DNA of 64,000 nt from an uncultured Dehalococcoidaceae bacterium (GTDB taxonomy: Bacteria > Chloroflexota > Dehalococcoidia > Dehalococcoidales > RBG-16-60-22), in the NCBI GenBank assembly GCA_964493435.1, contig CAZBMB010000004.1, positions 66,719 through 130,718 on the forward strand, given 5' to 3'. The position numbers and the translations under genes were made by a program. Position 1 is the first letter of the stretch, and every line of letters begins with the position of its first letter. Below, piece after piece: positions 28,886 through 37,138 of the stretch. Under the pieces are notes generated by a model, which saw only the letters and a program-made list of their open reading frames with translations, did no database searches and was not told where the DNA came from.

Positions 28886-29959
28886 CTACTCAGACGTGAT
28901 TTTCCCTTCCTTGACTAGCTTCTTAAAACAGGCCTGCATCTGGCTGGCCGTATCCTCTGGCAGAGCGGTGCTGATGTAAATACCGGAACCCATTTCAAAG
29001 CCAGCGATAGTGGTAAGGCGGGGGACAATGCGAATATGCCAGTGGTAATACGGGTCTTCCTCGTCCTCCGTAAGCGTGCTATCAACCATCAGATTGAATG
29101 CTGGATTATCCAGTGACTCGTACAGGCAGAGGAGAACATCTTTCAGCGCTCTGGCCAGCTGGTTCAGGTACGTACCGGGGAAGATGCCAAAGGAAGCACA
29201 ATGGTCTTTGGGCATTATCCACGTCTCGTAGGCTGCATGTGAAGCATAAGGATGGAAGACCACAAACTGCTCGGTCTTGACCACAATTCTCTTGTTCTTT
29301 TCCAGTTCCTCGGTTAGTAAATCGCAGTACAGACATCGGCCCCGGTCAATGTAATACTCGTGGGCAATATCAAACTGTTGGTGATAGGAAGGCGCCACGA
29401 TGGGCGTGGCTACTATTTGCGAGTGCGGATGTATCAGCGAAGTGCCCGATGCCCAGCCATGATTCTTGAAGATGGTGATGAATTTCAGGTGTCTTTCCTT
29501 TTTCAGCGCGTTATATCTTTCCTGATAGGTTATCAGCACCTTCTCCACCTGTTCGTAGCTCATCAACGCCACAGGCATATTATGTGAGGGGGTTTCGATG
29601 ATGACCTCATGGGCGCCGATGCCATCCATTTTGCGGAAAAGGCGCGCTTCCTCCACGATATCTCCATTTTCACCTGCGGAGAGCGCGGCAAAGCGGTTGG
29701 GCACCACCCTCACTTCCCACGGAGTCCCCTGATCCGAAACGGGAAGACGGAATACTTCCGGAGGTGTCATTTCCTCATTGCCCGGGCAGAAGGGGCAGGA
29801 TGAATCAAAGCTTGGCAATTCATCTGCCGGCCTGACCCTATGTTTCGGTTGAGGGCGTTTTGCCCTCTCTGGAGCCAGTATCACCCAGGACTTGGTGGTA
29901 GGGTCTTGCCGAAGTTCTGACATTCTCTCTTCAAACCCCCTTCTGTCGTGTCCGGACAA
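28886..29959 (-). CDS. GalT-family (class I) hexose-1-phosphate nucleotidyltransferase
   Basis: 357 aa. CPFCPGNE zinc motif and the HPHSQI active-site His-x-His-x-Gln. The start is either the TTG at 29959 or the ATG at 29923 (MSELRQD...). It lies 15 nt downstream of glgC. Confidence 0.85.
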   Translation of the reverse strand: MSGHDRRGFEERMSELRQDPTTKSWVILAPERAKRPQPKHRVRPADELPSFDSSCPFCPGNEEMTPPEVFRLPVSDQGTPWEVRVVPNRFAALSAGENGDIVEEARLFRKMDGIGAHEVIIETPSHNMPVALMSYEQVEKVLITYQERYNALKKERHLKFITIFKNHGWASGTSLIHPHSQIVATPIVAPSYHQQFDIAHEYYIDRGRCLYCDLLTEELEKNKRIVVKTEQFVVFHPYASHAAYETWIMPKDHCASFGIFPGTYLNQLARALKDVLLCLYESLDNPAFNLMVDSTLTEDEEDPYYHWHIRIVPRLTTIAGFEMGSGIYISTALPEDTASQMQACFKKLVKEGKITSE

Positions 29960-29974
29960 TACCCAGTGGTAATT

Positions 29975-31273
29975 TTATTCTTTTCGCGAAGAGCGGCGCG
30001 GTTTTGGTCGTATCGTTTCACCGCTCTGGACTATGGTGCTGCGGAAGTCTTTCTCAGTAACATTACAGGCGATGGAACAATTACGGCCTATCTTCACCCC
30101 CTCCGGAACCTTGGCTCCCTTCCCGACGACGGAGATGCCGGTATTGAGTATGGCTGGTTCCTCACGGTTGACCTGAAAATCGTTGCCAGTACCCACGCAG
30201 CTTCCGGCTTCAACGACAACCTCCTTGTCGAGGATGGAATAATCAATGACGCTTTCCCGGCCAATAACCGTATCATTCATGATTACCGAGTGTGTTATCA
30301 CAGCATTAGCAGCCACCCTGACTCCCGGAGATAGAACCGAGTTCTCCACGCGGCCCTCAATTATGCAGCCGTTAGATATCATGCTGTTGACCACATCCCC
30401 GCGGTGGGAAACTACCGCCGGCGGCCTGGGCTCATCTTCTTTGGTGCGAATGGGCCAGTCAGCGCTGAAATTGATTGACGGTGGCGACTCAAGCAAACGC
30501 ATACTGGCTTCCCAGTAGCTTCTGATGGTACCGACATCCTGCCAGTAGCCTTCAAAGTCATAGGCATAAAGCCGGCAGCTACCGACCAGCTGCGGGAAGA
30601 TATTCCGGCCAAAATCGTGTTTGGAAGAACGACGCTGGGCATCATCCTCCAGAACCTGCCGTAGCAATTCCTTCTGGAATACATAAACGCCCATGGAAAC
30701 AAGGTCGCTCTTCGGTTCTTTCACCTTTTCCTGAAAACCGTCAACCTGCTGATTATCGTCAACGGTTACCGTACCAAAGTGTATCAGCTCATCTTTGGGC
30801 AGACGGGTAACCGCAATAGTTACATCTGCCTGGTTTTTGAGATGCGTATCTATCATGTCCTTGTAGTCCATCTTGTAAACATGGTCGCCACTGAGTATCA
30901 GCACCAGCTCCGCTTCCTGCTCCTCAACGTACTGCAGATTCTGATAGACCGCGTCCGCCGTACCCTTATACCAGTCCCGCCCTTCCTCGCGCGCCAAGTA
31001 GGGATGCAGGAGCTGTATCCCGCCCTCGGGGCGGGCAAATCCCCAGGGCATACCAATGCCAATGTGGTCGGTTAATGAACGCGGCTGGTATTGAGTGAGT
31101 ATGGCCACATTGTAAATACCGGAATTAACGCAGTTGCTCAAGGTGAAATCTATGATGCGGTATTTGCCGCCAAAAGGAATCGCCGGTTTCGTCCTCTCCA
31201 CCGCCAGCGTTCCAAGTCGCTCCCCTGTCCCACCGGCCAGAATGATTGCCACGACTCCTTCCATTGTAATCAC
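29975..31273 (-). CDS. glgC: glucose-1-phosphate adenylyltransferase
   Basis: 432 aa. ILAGGTGERLGTLAVERTKPAIPFGGKYRIIDFTLSNCVNSGI, with a left-handed beta-helix C-terminal part. Confidence 0.9.
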   Translation of the reverse strand: MITMEGVVAIILAGGTGERLGTLAVERTKPAIPFGGKYRIIDFTLSNCVNSGIYNVAILTQYQPRSLTDHIGIGMPWGFARPEGGIQLLHPYLAREEGRDWYKGTADAVYQNLQYVEEQEAELVLILSGDHVYKMDYKDMIDTHLKNQADVTIAVTRLPKDELIHFGTVTVDDNQQVDGFQEKVKEPKSDLVSMGVYVFQKELLRQVLEDDAQRRSSKHDFGRNIFPQLVGSCRLYAYDFEGYWQDVGTIRSYWEASMRLLESPPSINFSADWPIRTKEDEPRPPAVVSHRGDVVNSMISNGCIIEGRVENSVLSPGVRVAANAVITHSVIMNDTVIGRESVIDYSILDKEVVVEAGSCVGTGNDFQVNREEPAILNTGISVVGKGAKVPEGVKIGRNCSIACNVTEKDFRSTIVQSGETIRPKPRRSSRKE

Positions 31274-31673
31274 TACCTCCCCTGTGCTGTCTTGGGTAAT
31301 TTTTTTACCCGATTACCCGTAATGGCACATTACGGCTGACTACTCGGCTCGTCGGGCTGCGCGTAGCTGAAGCGCCTTTTACCCTATTATATCTGTTTAC
31401 AATCAGATGTCAAATACCTTTAAGCTGGCGAGGGATTTGTGATAAAGTAATAAAGGAGGTTGTTGAGAACAAGTTACCATGCCTACTCTGCGGGCTTTCA
31501 TCACCAATATGTCAGCGCCAATGCCCTTCCATCGGAAGGCTTATCTCCTGTTTCGGAATAATCTTATCAAGATTGTAAAAAGGCAGGGCTGTTGCGGGCA
31601 TCCTGGCGAACCGGGTTGCTGAGAAAGCAGGGAAATATCTCCCGGTGCGGGAGAGGAAAAGGAGGTTTGAGAC

Positions 31674-31835
31674 ATGGCAGTAGAGAAAGTGGGCGAAAAA
31701 TATCGCTGTAACGTATGTGGCAACGAGGTGGTGGTTACCGTGGTCGGCGGCGGCACTCTGGTTTGCTGCGGCGAGGATATGGAGAAACTGGGTCAACAGA
31801 CCGTCACCACAAAGAATTTACCACCCGATGGGTAA
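31674..31835 (+). CDS. desulforedoxin-type Fe(Cys)4 protein (53 aa)
   Basis: Below the ORF-track size cutoff. My translation is MAVEKVGEKYRCNVCGNEVVVTVVGGGTLVCCGEDMEKLGQQTVTTKNLPPDG. The C-x2-C...GGGTLVCCGEDM pattern matches desulforedoxin and the Dfx N-domain. AAAGGAGG lies 8 nt upstream. Confidence 0.7.
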   Translation: MAVEKVGEKYRCNVCGNEVVVTVVGGGTLVCCGEDMEKLGQQTVTTKNLPPDG

Positions 31836-31855
31836 AGCGACTTGAGGTAAACGGT

Positions 31856-32248
31856 TTGTACTATTTCGCCTATGCCTCCAATCTCAACCAGAAGCAGATG
31901 AAGGAACGCTGCCCGGACAGCAGGCCGCTGTTCACCGCGGTCCTGCCCAATTACAAGCTGGTATTCACGGGCTGGTCGCGGCAGTGGCGGGGTGGGGTGG
32001 CCAGTGTAAAGTCGTTTCGCGGCGACCGGGTGCGGGGGGCCATCTATGAGGTAACGGAAGCCTGTCTGCAGAGGCTTGACCGCTTTGAAGCTGGCTACAG
32101 CCGGCTTAAAGTGACCGTTTTCGGCGAGGACGATGAACCGGTCGAAGCTATAGCATATATCAAAACCGGACAGCTTGAAGATGCCGCGCCCTCAAAAGAA
32201 TACCTGGCGGTAATCCAGCAGGGCCTGAGAGACTGGCGGCTGTTCTGA
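31856..32248 (+). CDS. gamma-glutamylcyclotransferase (AIG2/GGCT-like) family protein
   Basis: The track ORF 31715..32248 overlaps the desulforedoxin gene. The family-typical N-terminus (M)YYFAYASNLNQKQMKERCP begins at the in-frame TTG 31856, 7 nt after GAGGT. Confidence 0.7.
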   Translation: MYYFAYASNLNQKQMKERCPDSRPLFTAVLPNYKLVFTGWSRQWRGGVASVKSFRGDRVRGAIYEVTEACLQRLDRFEAGYSRLKVTVFGEDDEPVEAIAYIKTGQLEDAAPSKEYLAVIQQGLRDWRLF

Positions 32249-32312
32249 ATGAGGCGAAAGGATATCTCCCATTTTGACAAGGGTGGCCCAATTAAGGTAA
32301 AATTAAAACAAA

Positions 32313-32705
32313 GTGCAAAAAGTTCTATTCATCTGTGTGCACAATTCAGGCCGAAGCCAGATGGCGGAGGCCTTTTTTAATTACCTCACCAGAGGTAATG
32401 CCTCGGCTGTTTCGGCGGGAACCAAACCTGCATCCGTGGTTAACCCGATAGTCGTTCAGGCAATGCGTGAAGTCGGCATTGACATCAGTCAGCAGAAACC
32501 CAAAGCACTGACCTTTGACATGGTGGAGAATGCCGACCGCGTTATCACCATGGGCTGCGGTGTGGAGGAGGTCTGTCCCGCCAGTTTTATCCCCACCGAA
32601 GACTGGGACCTTGAGGACCCTCATGACCAGCCCATTGAGAAGATAAGGCAGATAAGAGACGAAATCAAAGTCAGAGTTGAGGCGCTAGTAAAACAATTTA
32701 GATGA
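32313..32705 (+). CDS. arsC: arsenate reductase, LMW-PTPase family
   Basis: 130 aa. CVHNSGRSQMAEA is the C-x5-R-S P-loop, and the downstream Cys pair GCGVEEVCP is spaced as in thiol-coupled ArsC. GTG start. Confidence 0.8.
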   Translation: MQKVLFICVHNSGRSQMAEAFFNYLTRGNASAVSAGTKPASVVNPIVVQAMREVGIDISQQKPKALTFDMVENADRVITMGCGVEEVCPASFIPTEDWDLEDPHDQPIEKIRQIRDEIKVRVEALVKQFR

Positions 32706-32807
32706 TACACGGCCTTTACTTCAATCGCGGCCCGCCTTAGGCAAAGAAAAAACTGAAAACTATTTAAAAAGGATTTTAAAAGTAATAAAGGAGATTCAAT
32801 ACCATAA

Positions 32808-33728
32808 ATGGTTTCAAAAGTTAAGCATATATTCAAGAGCTGGCGGCTGCCTCTATCCCTGTGCCTCGCTTCCAGTTTAATTTTCATCGCGGGCGGCTGT
32901 GCCCCGCAGGCACCGGAGCCATCCGGCTCAGAGCTGTCAGGCACCTTCAAGGTTATCGGTTCCAATACGGTAACGCCGTTGACCACCGTCTGGGCGGAGG
33001 AGTTCATGAAAATGAACCCCAAAGTGAACATCGCCGTCAGCGGCCCGGGCTCCGGCGTCGGCATCGCCAACCTCATTGACGGCACCACGGACATCTGTCA
33101 AGCTTCGCGAAAGATAAAACAGAGCGAGATTGACCAGGCCAAAGCAAAGGGTGTCAACCCCTATGAAATCCAGGTGGCCACGGACGCCCTTTCCGTCGTC
33201 GTGCACCCGTCCAATCCGGTTTCGGAATTGACCATCGCCCAGATTTCCGCCATCTATACCAGCGAAGTAACCAACTGGAAGGAACTGGGCGGCAGTGACA
33301 GCCCCATCGTGGCCATCGCCCGCGATACCAACTCGGGCACCCACGTCTTCTTCAAGGAGCACGTGGTCCAGATGCTGGGACTGGATACCGAGAACAAAAG
33401 CCTTGAATACGGTCAGGATGTGCTCTTTCTGCCCTCCACAGAGGGGGGAATCACCGAGGTGGCCAAGAACCCGAATGCCATCTTCTATCCCGGACTGGGC
33501 TACGTGACCGAAAAAGTCAAGCCGCTGGCGATTAAGAAAACGGCGGATGCCGCGGCAGTTCTGCCCAGCGTGGAGACGGCACTGGACGGCACTTACCCCG
33601 TTGCTCGCCCCCTCCTCTACTATACCAACGGTGAGCCTGCCGGCGTTATCAAGGCATTCGTTGATTACTGCCTCTCTTCTGAAGGCCAGACAAAGGTAAA
33701 CGAAGTTGGCTATGTGCCACTGCAGTAA
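32808..33728 (+). CDS. pstS: phosphate ABC transporter substrate-binding protein
   Basis: 306 aa. Signal/lipobox region IAGGC, plus GSNTVTPL...VSGPGSGVGI and ARDTNSGTH motifs. Confidence 0.9.
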   Translation: MVSKVKHIFKSWRLPLSLCLASSLIFIAGGCAPQAPEPSGSELSGTFKVIGSNTVTPLTTVWAEEFMKMNPKVNIAVSGPGSGVGIANLIDGTTDICQASRKIKQSEIDQAKAKGVNPYEIQVATDALSVVVHPSNPVSELTIAQISAIYTSEVTNWKELGGSDSPIVAIARDTNSGTHVFFKEHVVQMLGLDTENKSLEYGQDVLFLPSTEGGITEVAKNPNAIFYPGLGYVTEKVKPLAIKKTADAAAVLPSVETALDGTYPVARPLLYYTNGEPAGVIKAFVDYCLSSEGQTKVNEVGYVPLQ

Positions 33729-33788
33729 CATATGCTAGAATATTCTTAAATCCCCGGTAAAACAAGCGGAAAGGAAAACATCGTCCAC

Positions 33789-34730
33789 ATGTTGCAGCGG
33801 GGAGCTTCATCTGCCACTGCCGATGCTGGGCTCGCCATGAGCCTCAGACGGCGGTGGCGTTTCGGTGAAAAATTCATCGAAAGCTTTATTTTTCTCAACG
33901 GCCTGCTGGCCATCATCGTCCTTTTAGGCGTCCTCTTTCTCCTGATGCGCGAGGGCCTGCCGGTGCTTTCCTACACCTCTCCTTGGAAATTTCTTTTCGG
34001 CACAAGGTGGTATCCGGTTTCGGAGCCGCCGACCTTCGGCATGTTCTCTTTCTTCATGGCCACGCTCTGGGTCACCCTGATTGCCACGGCCATTGCCGTG
34101 CCTGTCGGCGTTGGCTGCGCCGCCTACCTCGCCGAAGTAGCCCCTGCCAGCGTCCGGGAAACGGTCAAGCCCATCGTCGAGCTGCTGGCCGGAATTCCCT
34201 CCGTCGTCATGGGGCTCATCGGACTCATACTTCTATCACCATTGGTTCAGAGCATGTTCAACCTGAATACCGGCTTGTGCGGCCTTACCGCCGCCATCAT
34301 GCTGGCCATGATGAGTTTGCCCATCATTGTCACCGTCTCCGAGGATGCCCTGCGAGCGGTGCCAAAGGAGTTCCGGGAAGCGTCTTACGCACTCGGTGCG
34401 ACGAAATGGGAAACGGTCCGTCATGTCTGCATCCCGGGAGCAATTTCCGGCATTGCCGCAGCCGTCATGCTTGGCGTGGGCCGCGCTGTCGGTGAGACGA
34501 TGACGGTATTAATGGTCGCCGGCGGTGCCCTGGCCGTGCCCTATGCACCTACCGAACCCATGATGCCGATGACGGCAGCCATTGCCTCCGGGATTGGCAA
34601 CGCGGTACGGGGCGGGCTGCAGTATCAGGCGTTGTTCGCCATCGGCCTGATTCTTTTTCTCATGACACTGTCCGTAAACCTGGTCGCCGACCGGGTACTT
34701 GAGCGCCAGAAACAGAGGTTCGCGAGGTAA
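33789..34730 (+). CDS. pstC: phosphate ABC transporter permease
   Basis: 313 aa. EAS-x-ALGATKWET EAA-loop. Its position follows pstS. Confidence 0.9.
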   Translation: MLQRGASSATADAGLAMSLRRRWRFGEKFIESFIFLNGLLAIIVLLGVLFLLMREGLPVLSYTSPWKFLFGTRWYPVSEPPTFGMFSFFMATLWVTLIATAIAVPVGVGCAAYLAEVAPASVRETVKPIVELLAGIPSVVMGLIGLILLSPLVQSMFNLNTGLCGLTAAIMLAMMSLPIIVTVSEDALRAVPKEFREASYALGATKWETVRHVCIPGAISGIAAAVMLGVGRAVGETMTVLMVAGGALAVPYAPTEPMMPMTAAIASGIGNAVRGGLQYQALFAIGLILFLMTLSVNLVADRVLERQKQRFAR

Positions 34731-35604
34731 TTTAAACTTGGCTGTTCAGACCATATCCAGAAGAGAATTAACACAGCGCACCGCCTTCAGCCTGCTGATG
34801 CTGGCAACGGCTATTGTGGTCATTCCGGTGCTTTTTATCATCATCTACATTGCGGCCAATGGTGTCGGCGCCATGAGCTGGGAATTTCTGACCCAGGCGC
34901 CTTCGCAGGCAGGTAAGGCGGGGGGCATATTCCCGGCCATAGTTGGCACCTTCTACCTGATGCTCGGCACCCTCATCTTTTCCCTGCCGGTGGGCGTCCT
35001 GGCCGGCATATACCTAACTGAATACGCCCGCGATAACTGGCTGACCCGCATTATCAACATGGCCATTCTCAACCTGGCGGGCGTGCCCAGTATTGTCTAT
35101 GGCCTTTTCGGACTGGGGCTATTTGTGCTGGCCATGAAATTCGGCATGTCGCTGCTCGCCGCCAGCCTGACGCTGGCCTGCCAGGCACTGGCCATGACCA
35201 TCACCACATCAAGAGAAGCCGTCATCGCTGTGCCCAAGGAATACCGTGAAGGAAGCCTCGCCATTGGCACCACCAAATGGCAGACGATACGGCATGTCAT
35301 CCTGCCCCAGGCCCTGCCCGGCATAATCACCGGCGCCATCCTGGCCATGAGCCGCGCTGCCGGCGAGACGGCGCCGATACTGGTGGTGGGCGCCGCTTTT
35401 ATCCTGCCCGGCCTGCCCACCTCGCCTTTTGACCAGTTCATGGCCCTGCCCTACCATCTCTACACCGCCGCCGCCCATGTTCCAGGCATGCCAAAGACTA
35501 CAATATGGGGTATTGCACTGGTGCTGCTGGTTGTGGTATTGTCTTTTAATTCTCTGGCGGTATTCATCAGAGTACGTGTCCGACAGCGGAGGTTCGGTTC
35601 ATGA
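34699..35604 (+). CDS. pstA: phosphate ABC transporter permease
   Basis: 301 aa. [23 protein letters not shown]-loop. The true start may be the TTG at 34738, after the pstC stop. Confidence 0.9.
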   Translation: MSARNRGSRGNLNLAVQTISRRELTQRTAFSLLMLATAIVVIPVLFIIIYIAANGVGAMSWEFLTQAPSQAGKAGGIFPAIVGTFYLMLGTLIFSLPVGVLAGIYLTEYARDNWLTRIINMAILNLAGVPSIVYGLFGLGLFVLAMKFGMSLLAASLTLACQALAMTITTSREAVIAVPKEYREGSLAIGTTKWQTIRHVILPQALPGIITGAILAMSRAAGETAPILVVGAAFILPGLPTSPFDQFMALPYHLYTAAAHVPGMPKTTIWGIALVLLVVVLSFNSLAVFIRVRVRQRRFGS

Positions 35605-36416
35605 ATGTGAATCATACGTTGTTGAACAATAGAGCAGTTCATAATAATGAGACCAAGCTGAAAACGGAACAGGTAAGTCTGTTTTACGGCACCTTTCAGG
35701 CGCTGAGAAACATCTCGCTGGATATCCGGCAAAAGGCAATTACGGCCATAATAGGCCCGTCCGGCTGCGGCAAATCGTCTTTTCTGCGCCTTTTCAACCG
35801 CATGAACGATCTGATAATCGGGGCACGCGTTGATGGCAGAGTGGTGATTGACGACATCAATATTTATGACCGTGATATTGACGTGGTGGAGCTCAGGAAA
35901 CGGGTGGGCATGGTCTTCCAGAAACCGAACCCATTCCCCATGTCGGTCATGGAGAACGTGGCCTTCGGGCCCCGGCGACACGGCAAGAAAAATCGCGGTG
36001 AACTTGAAGGCATAGTTGAGCGCAGTCTCCACCAGGCAGCGCTGTGGGATGAAGTAAAAGACAAGCTGGGGCAGTCGGCACTGGCCCTTTCCGGCGGTCA
36101 GCAGCAGCGCCTCTGCATCGCCCGCGTGCTGGCCGTTGAGCCTGAAGTCATCCTCATGGACGAGCCATGCAGCGCCCTTGACCCCATCGCCACCCTCAGA
36201 ATCGAAGACTTGATGAGGAGCCTGTCCAGCGATTATACTATCGTCATCGTCACCCACAATATGCAGCAGGCGGCGCGCGTCTCGGATATGGCTGCGTTTC
36301 TCATGATGGAGAAGGACAGGGCTGGCGTGCTTGTTGAATACGGCCCCACTTCCCAGCTTTTCACCAATCCGAAAGACAAACGAACAGAGGACTATATCAC
36401 CGGCCGGTTTGGTTAG
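35601..36416 (+). CDS. pstB: phosphate ABC transporter ATP-binding protein
   Basis: 271 aa. Walker [10 protein letters not shown], signature LSGGQQQRL and Walker B ILMDEP. 4-nt overlap with pstA. Confidence 0.95.
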   Translation: MNVNHTLLNNRAVHNNETKLKTEQVSLFYGTFQALRNISLDIRQKAITAIIGPSGCGKSSFLRLFNRMNDLIIGARVDGRVVIDDINIYDRDIDVVELRKRVGMVFQKPNPFPMSVMENVAFGPRRHGKKNRGELEGIVERSLHQAALWDEVKDKLGQSALALSGGQQQRLCIARVLAVEPEVILMDEPCSALDPIATLRIEDLMRSLSSDYTIVIVTHNMQQAARVSDMAAFLMMEKDRAGVLVEYGPTSQLFTNPKDKRTEDYITGRFG

Positions 36417-36438
36417 GACTCGCAAGGAGGTTCCGACA

Positions 36439-37107
36439 ATGGAGATACGGACCACTTTCCGAAAAAGACTGCAAGATATTCAGGATGAACTGCTGGCCAT
36501 GGGCAGCATGGTGGAAAAGGCGATAAGCCTTTCCGTTGAAGCCCTGAAAAAACGCGACCTGAAACTGGCCCATCAGATAATCGCCGACGACCTGAAGATA
36601 AACGAAAAACGTTTTGAAATTGAGGAGACCTGCATTCAGCTTATCGCCACGCAGCAGCCCATGGCCGGAGACCTGCGGACATTAATCAGTGTGATGAATG
36701 TTATCACGGAACTGGAGCGTATCGCTGACCACGCGGAGGGCATTGCCAAAATAGTAATTATGATTGGTGATGAGCCCCCTCTGAAGCCCTTGATTGACAT
36801 ACCGCGTATGGCCAAGAAGACCATTGACATGCTGCACCGCTGTCTGGAATCTTTCATGAGCTGCGACGAAAAGATGGCCAGGTCAATTGCCGCAGAGGAT
36901 GATGAGGTTGACCAGCTGTATGACCAGGTCTACCGGGAGCTGGTCAGCTTTATGGTGGAAGACCCGAAAACCATTACCCGGGCCACGCGTCTTCTCTGGG
37001 TGGCACATAACCTGGAGCGCTGCGCCGACCGCGTGACCAATATCTGCGAGCGCGTCGTCTTCACCGTTACCGGTAAAATGTATGAGACAAACGTTTCCAA
37101 ATATTAA
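36439..37107 (+). CDS. phoU: phosphate signalling complex protein PhoU
   Basis: The track ORF 36331..37107 overlaps pstB. The ATG at 36439 (MEIRTTFRKRL...) follows AAGGAGG. Two PhoU repeats carry E/D-x3-D motifs. Confidence 0.9.
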   Translation: MEIRTTFRKRLQDIQDELLAMGSMVEKAISLSVEALKKRDLKLAHQIIADDLKINEKRFEIEETCIQLIATQQPMAGDLRTLISVMNVITELERIADHAEGIAKIVIMIGDEPPLKPLIDIPRMAKKTIDMLHRCLESFMSCDEKMARSIAAEDDEVDQLYDQVYRELVSFMVEDPKTITRATRLLWVAHNLERCADRVTNICERVVFTVTGKMYETNVSKY

Positions 37108-37138
37108 ATCCGTCCTCCGCCAAAAGAATTAGCTTATA

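Noticed and set aside
31455-31570. Small ORFs of about 32-33 codons after an AAAGGAGG sequence in the glgC-desulforedoxin spacer
   Set aside because: The spacing from the Shine-Dalgarno-like sequence to the candidate TTG/ATG starts is poor (0-3 nt or 19 nt). The peptides have no recognisable features and I cannot assess conservation. The region is left unannotated.
31715-31855. N-terminal 47 codons of the 177-aa track ORF (MWQRGGGYRGRRRHSG...)
   Set aside because: This Arg/Gly-rich stretch overlaps the desulforedoxin gene in another frame. The GGCT-family homology begins only at the TTG at 31856.
32937-33731. 264-aa minus-strand ORF
   Set aside because: It is antisense to pstS. No motifs, so it is a shadow ORF.
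36331-36438. N-terminal extension of the PhoU ORF overlapping pstB by 86 nt
   Set aside because: The PhoU homology starts at the ATG at 36439, which has a good AAGGAGG RBS. The extension is the out-of-frame 3' end of pstB.
35460-36455. 331-aa minus-strand ORF
   Set aside because: It is antisense to pstB, whose Walker A/B and ABC signature motifs are unambiguous.
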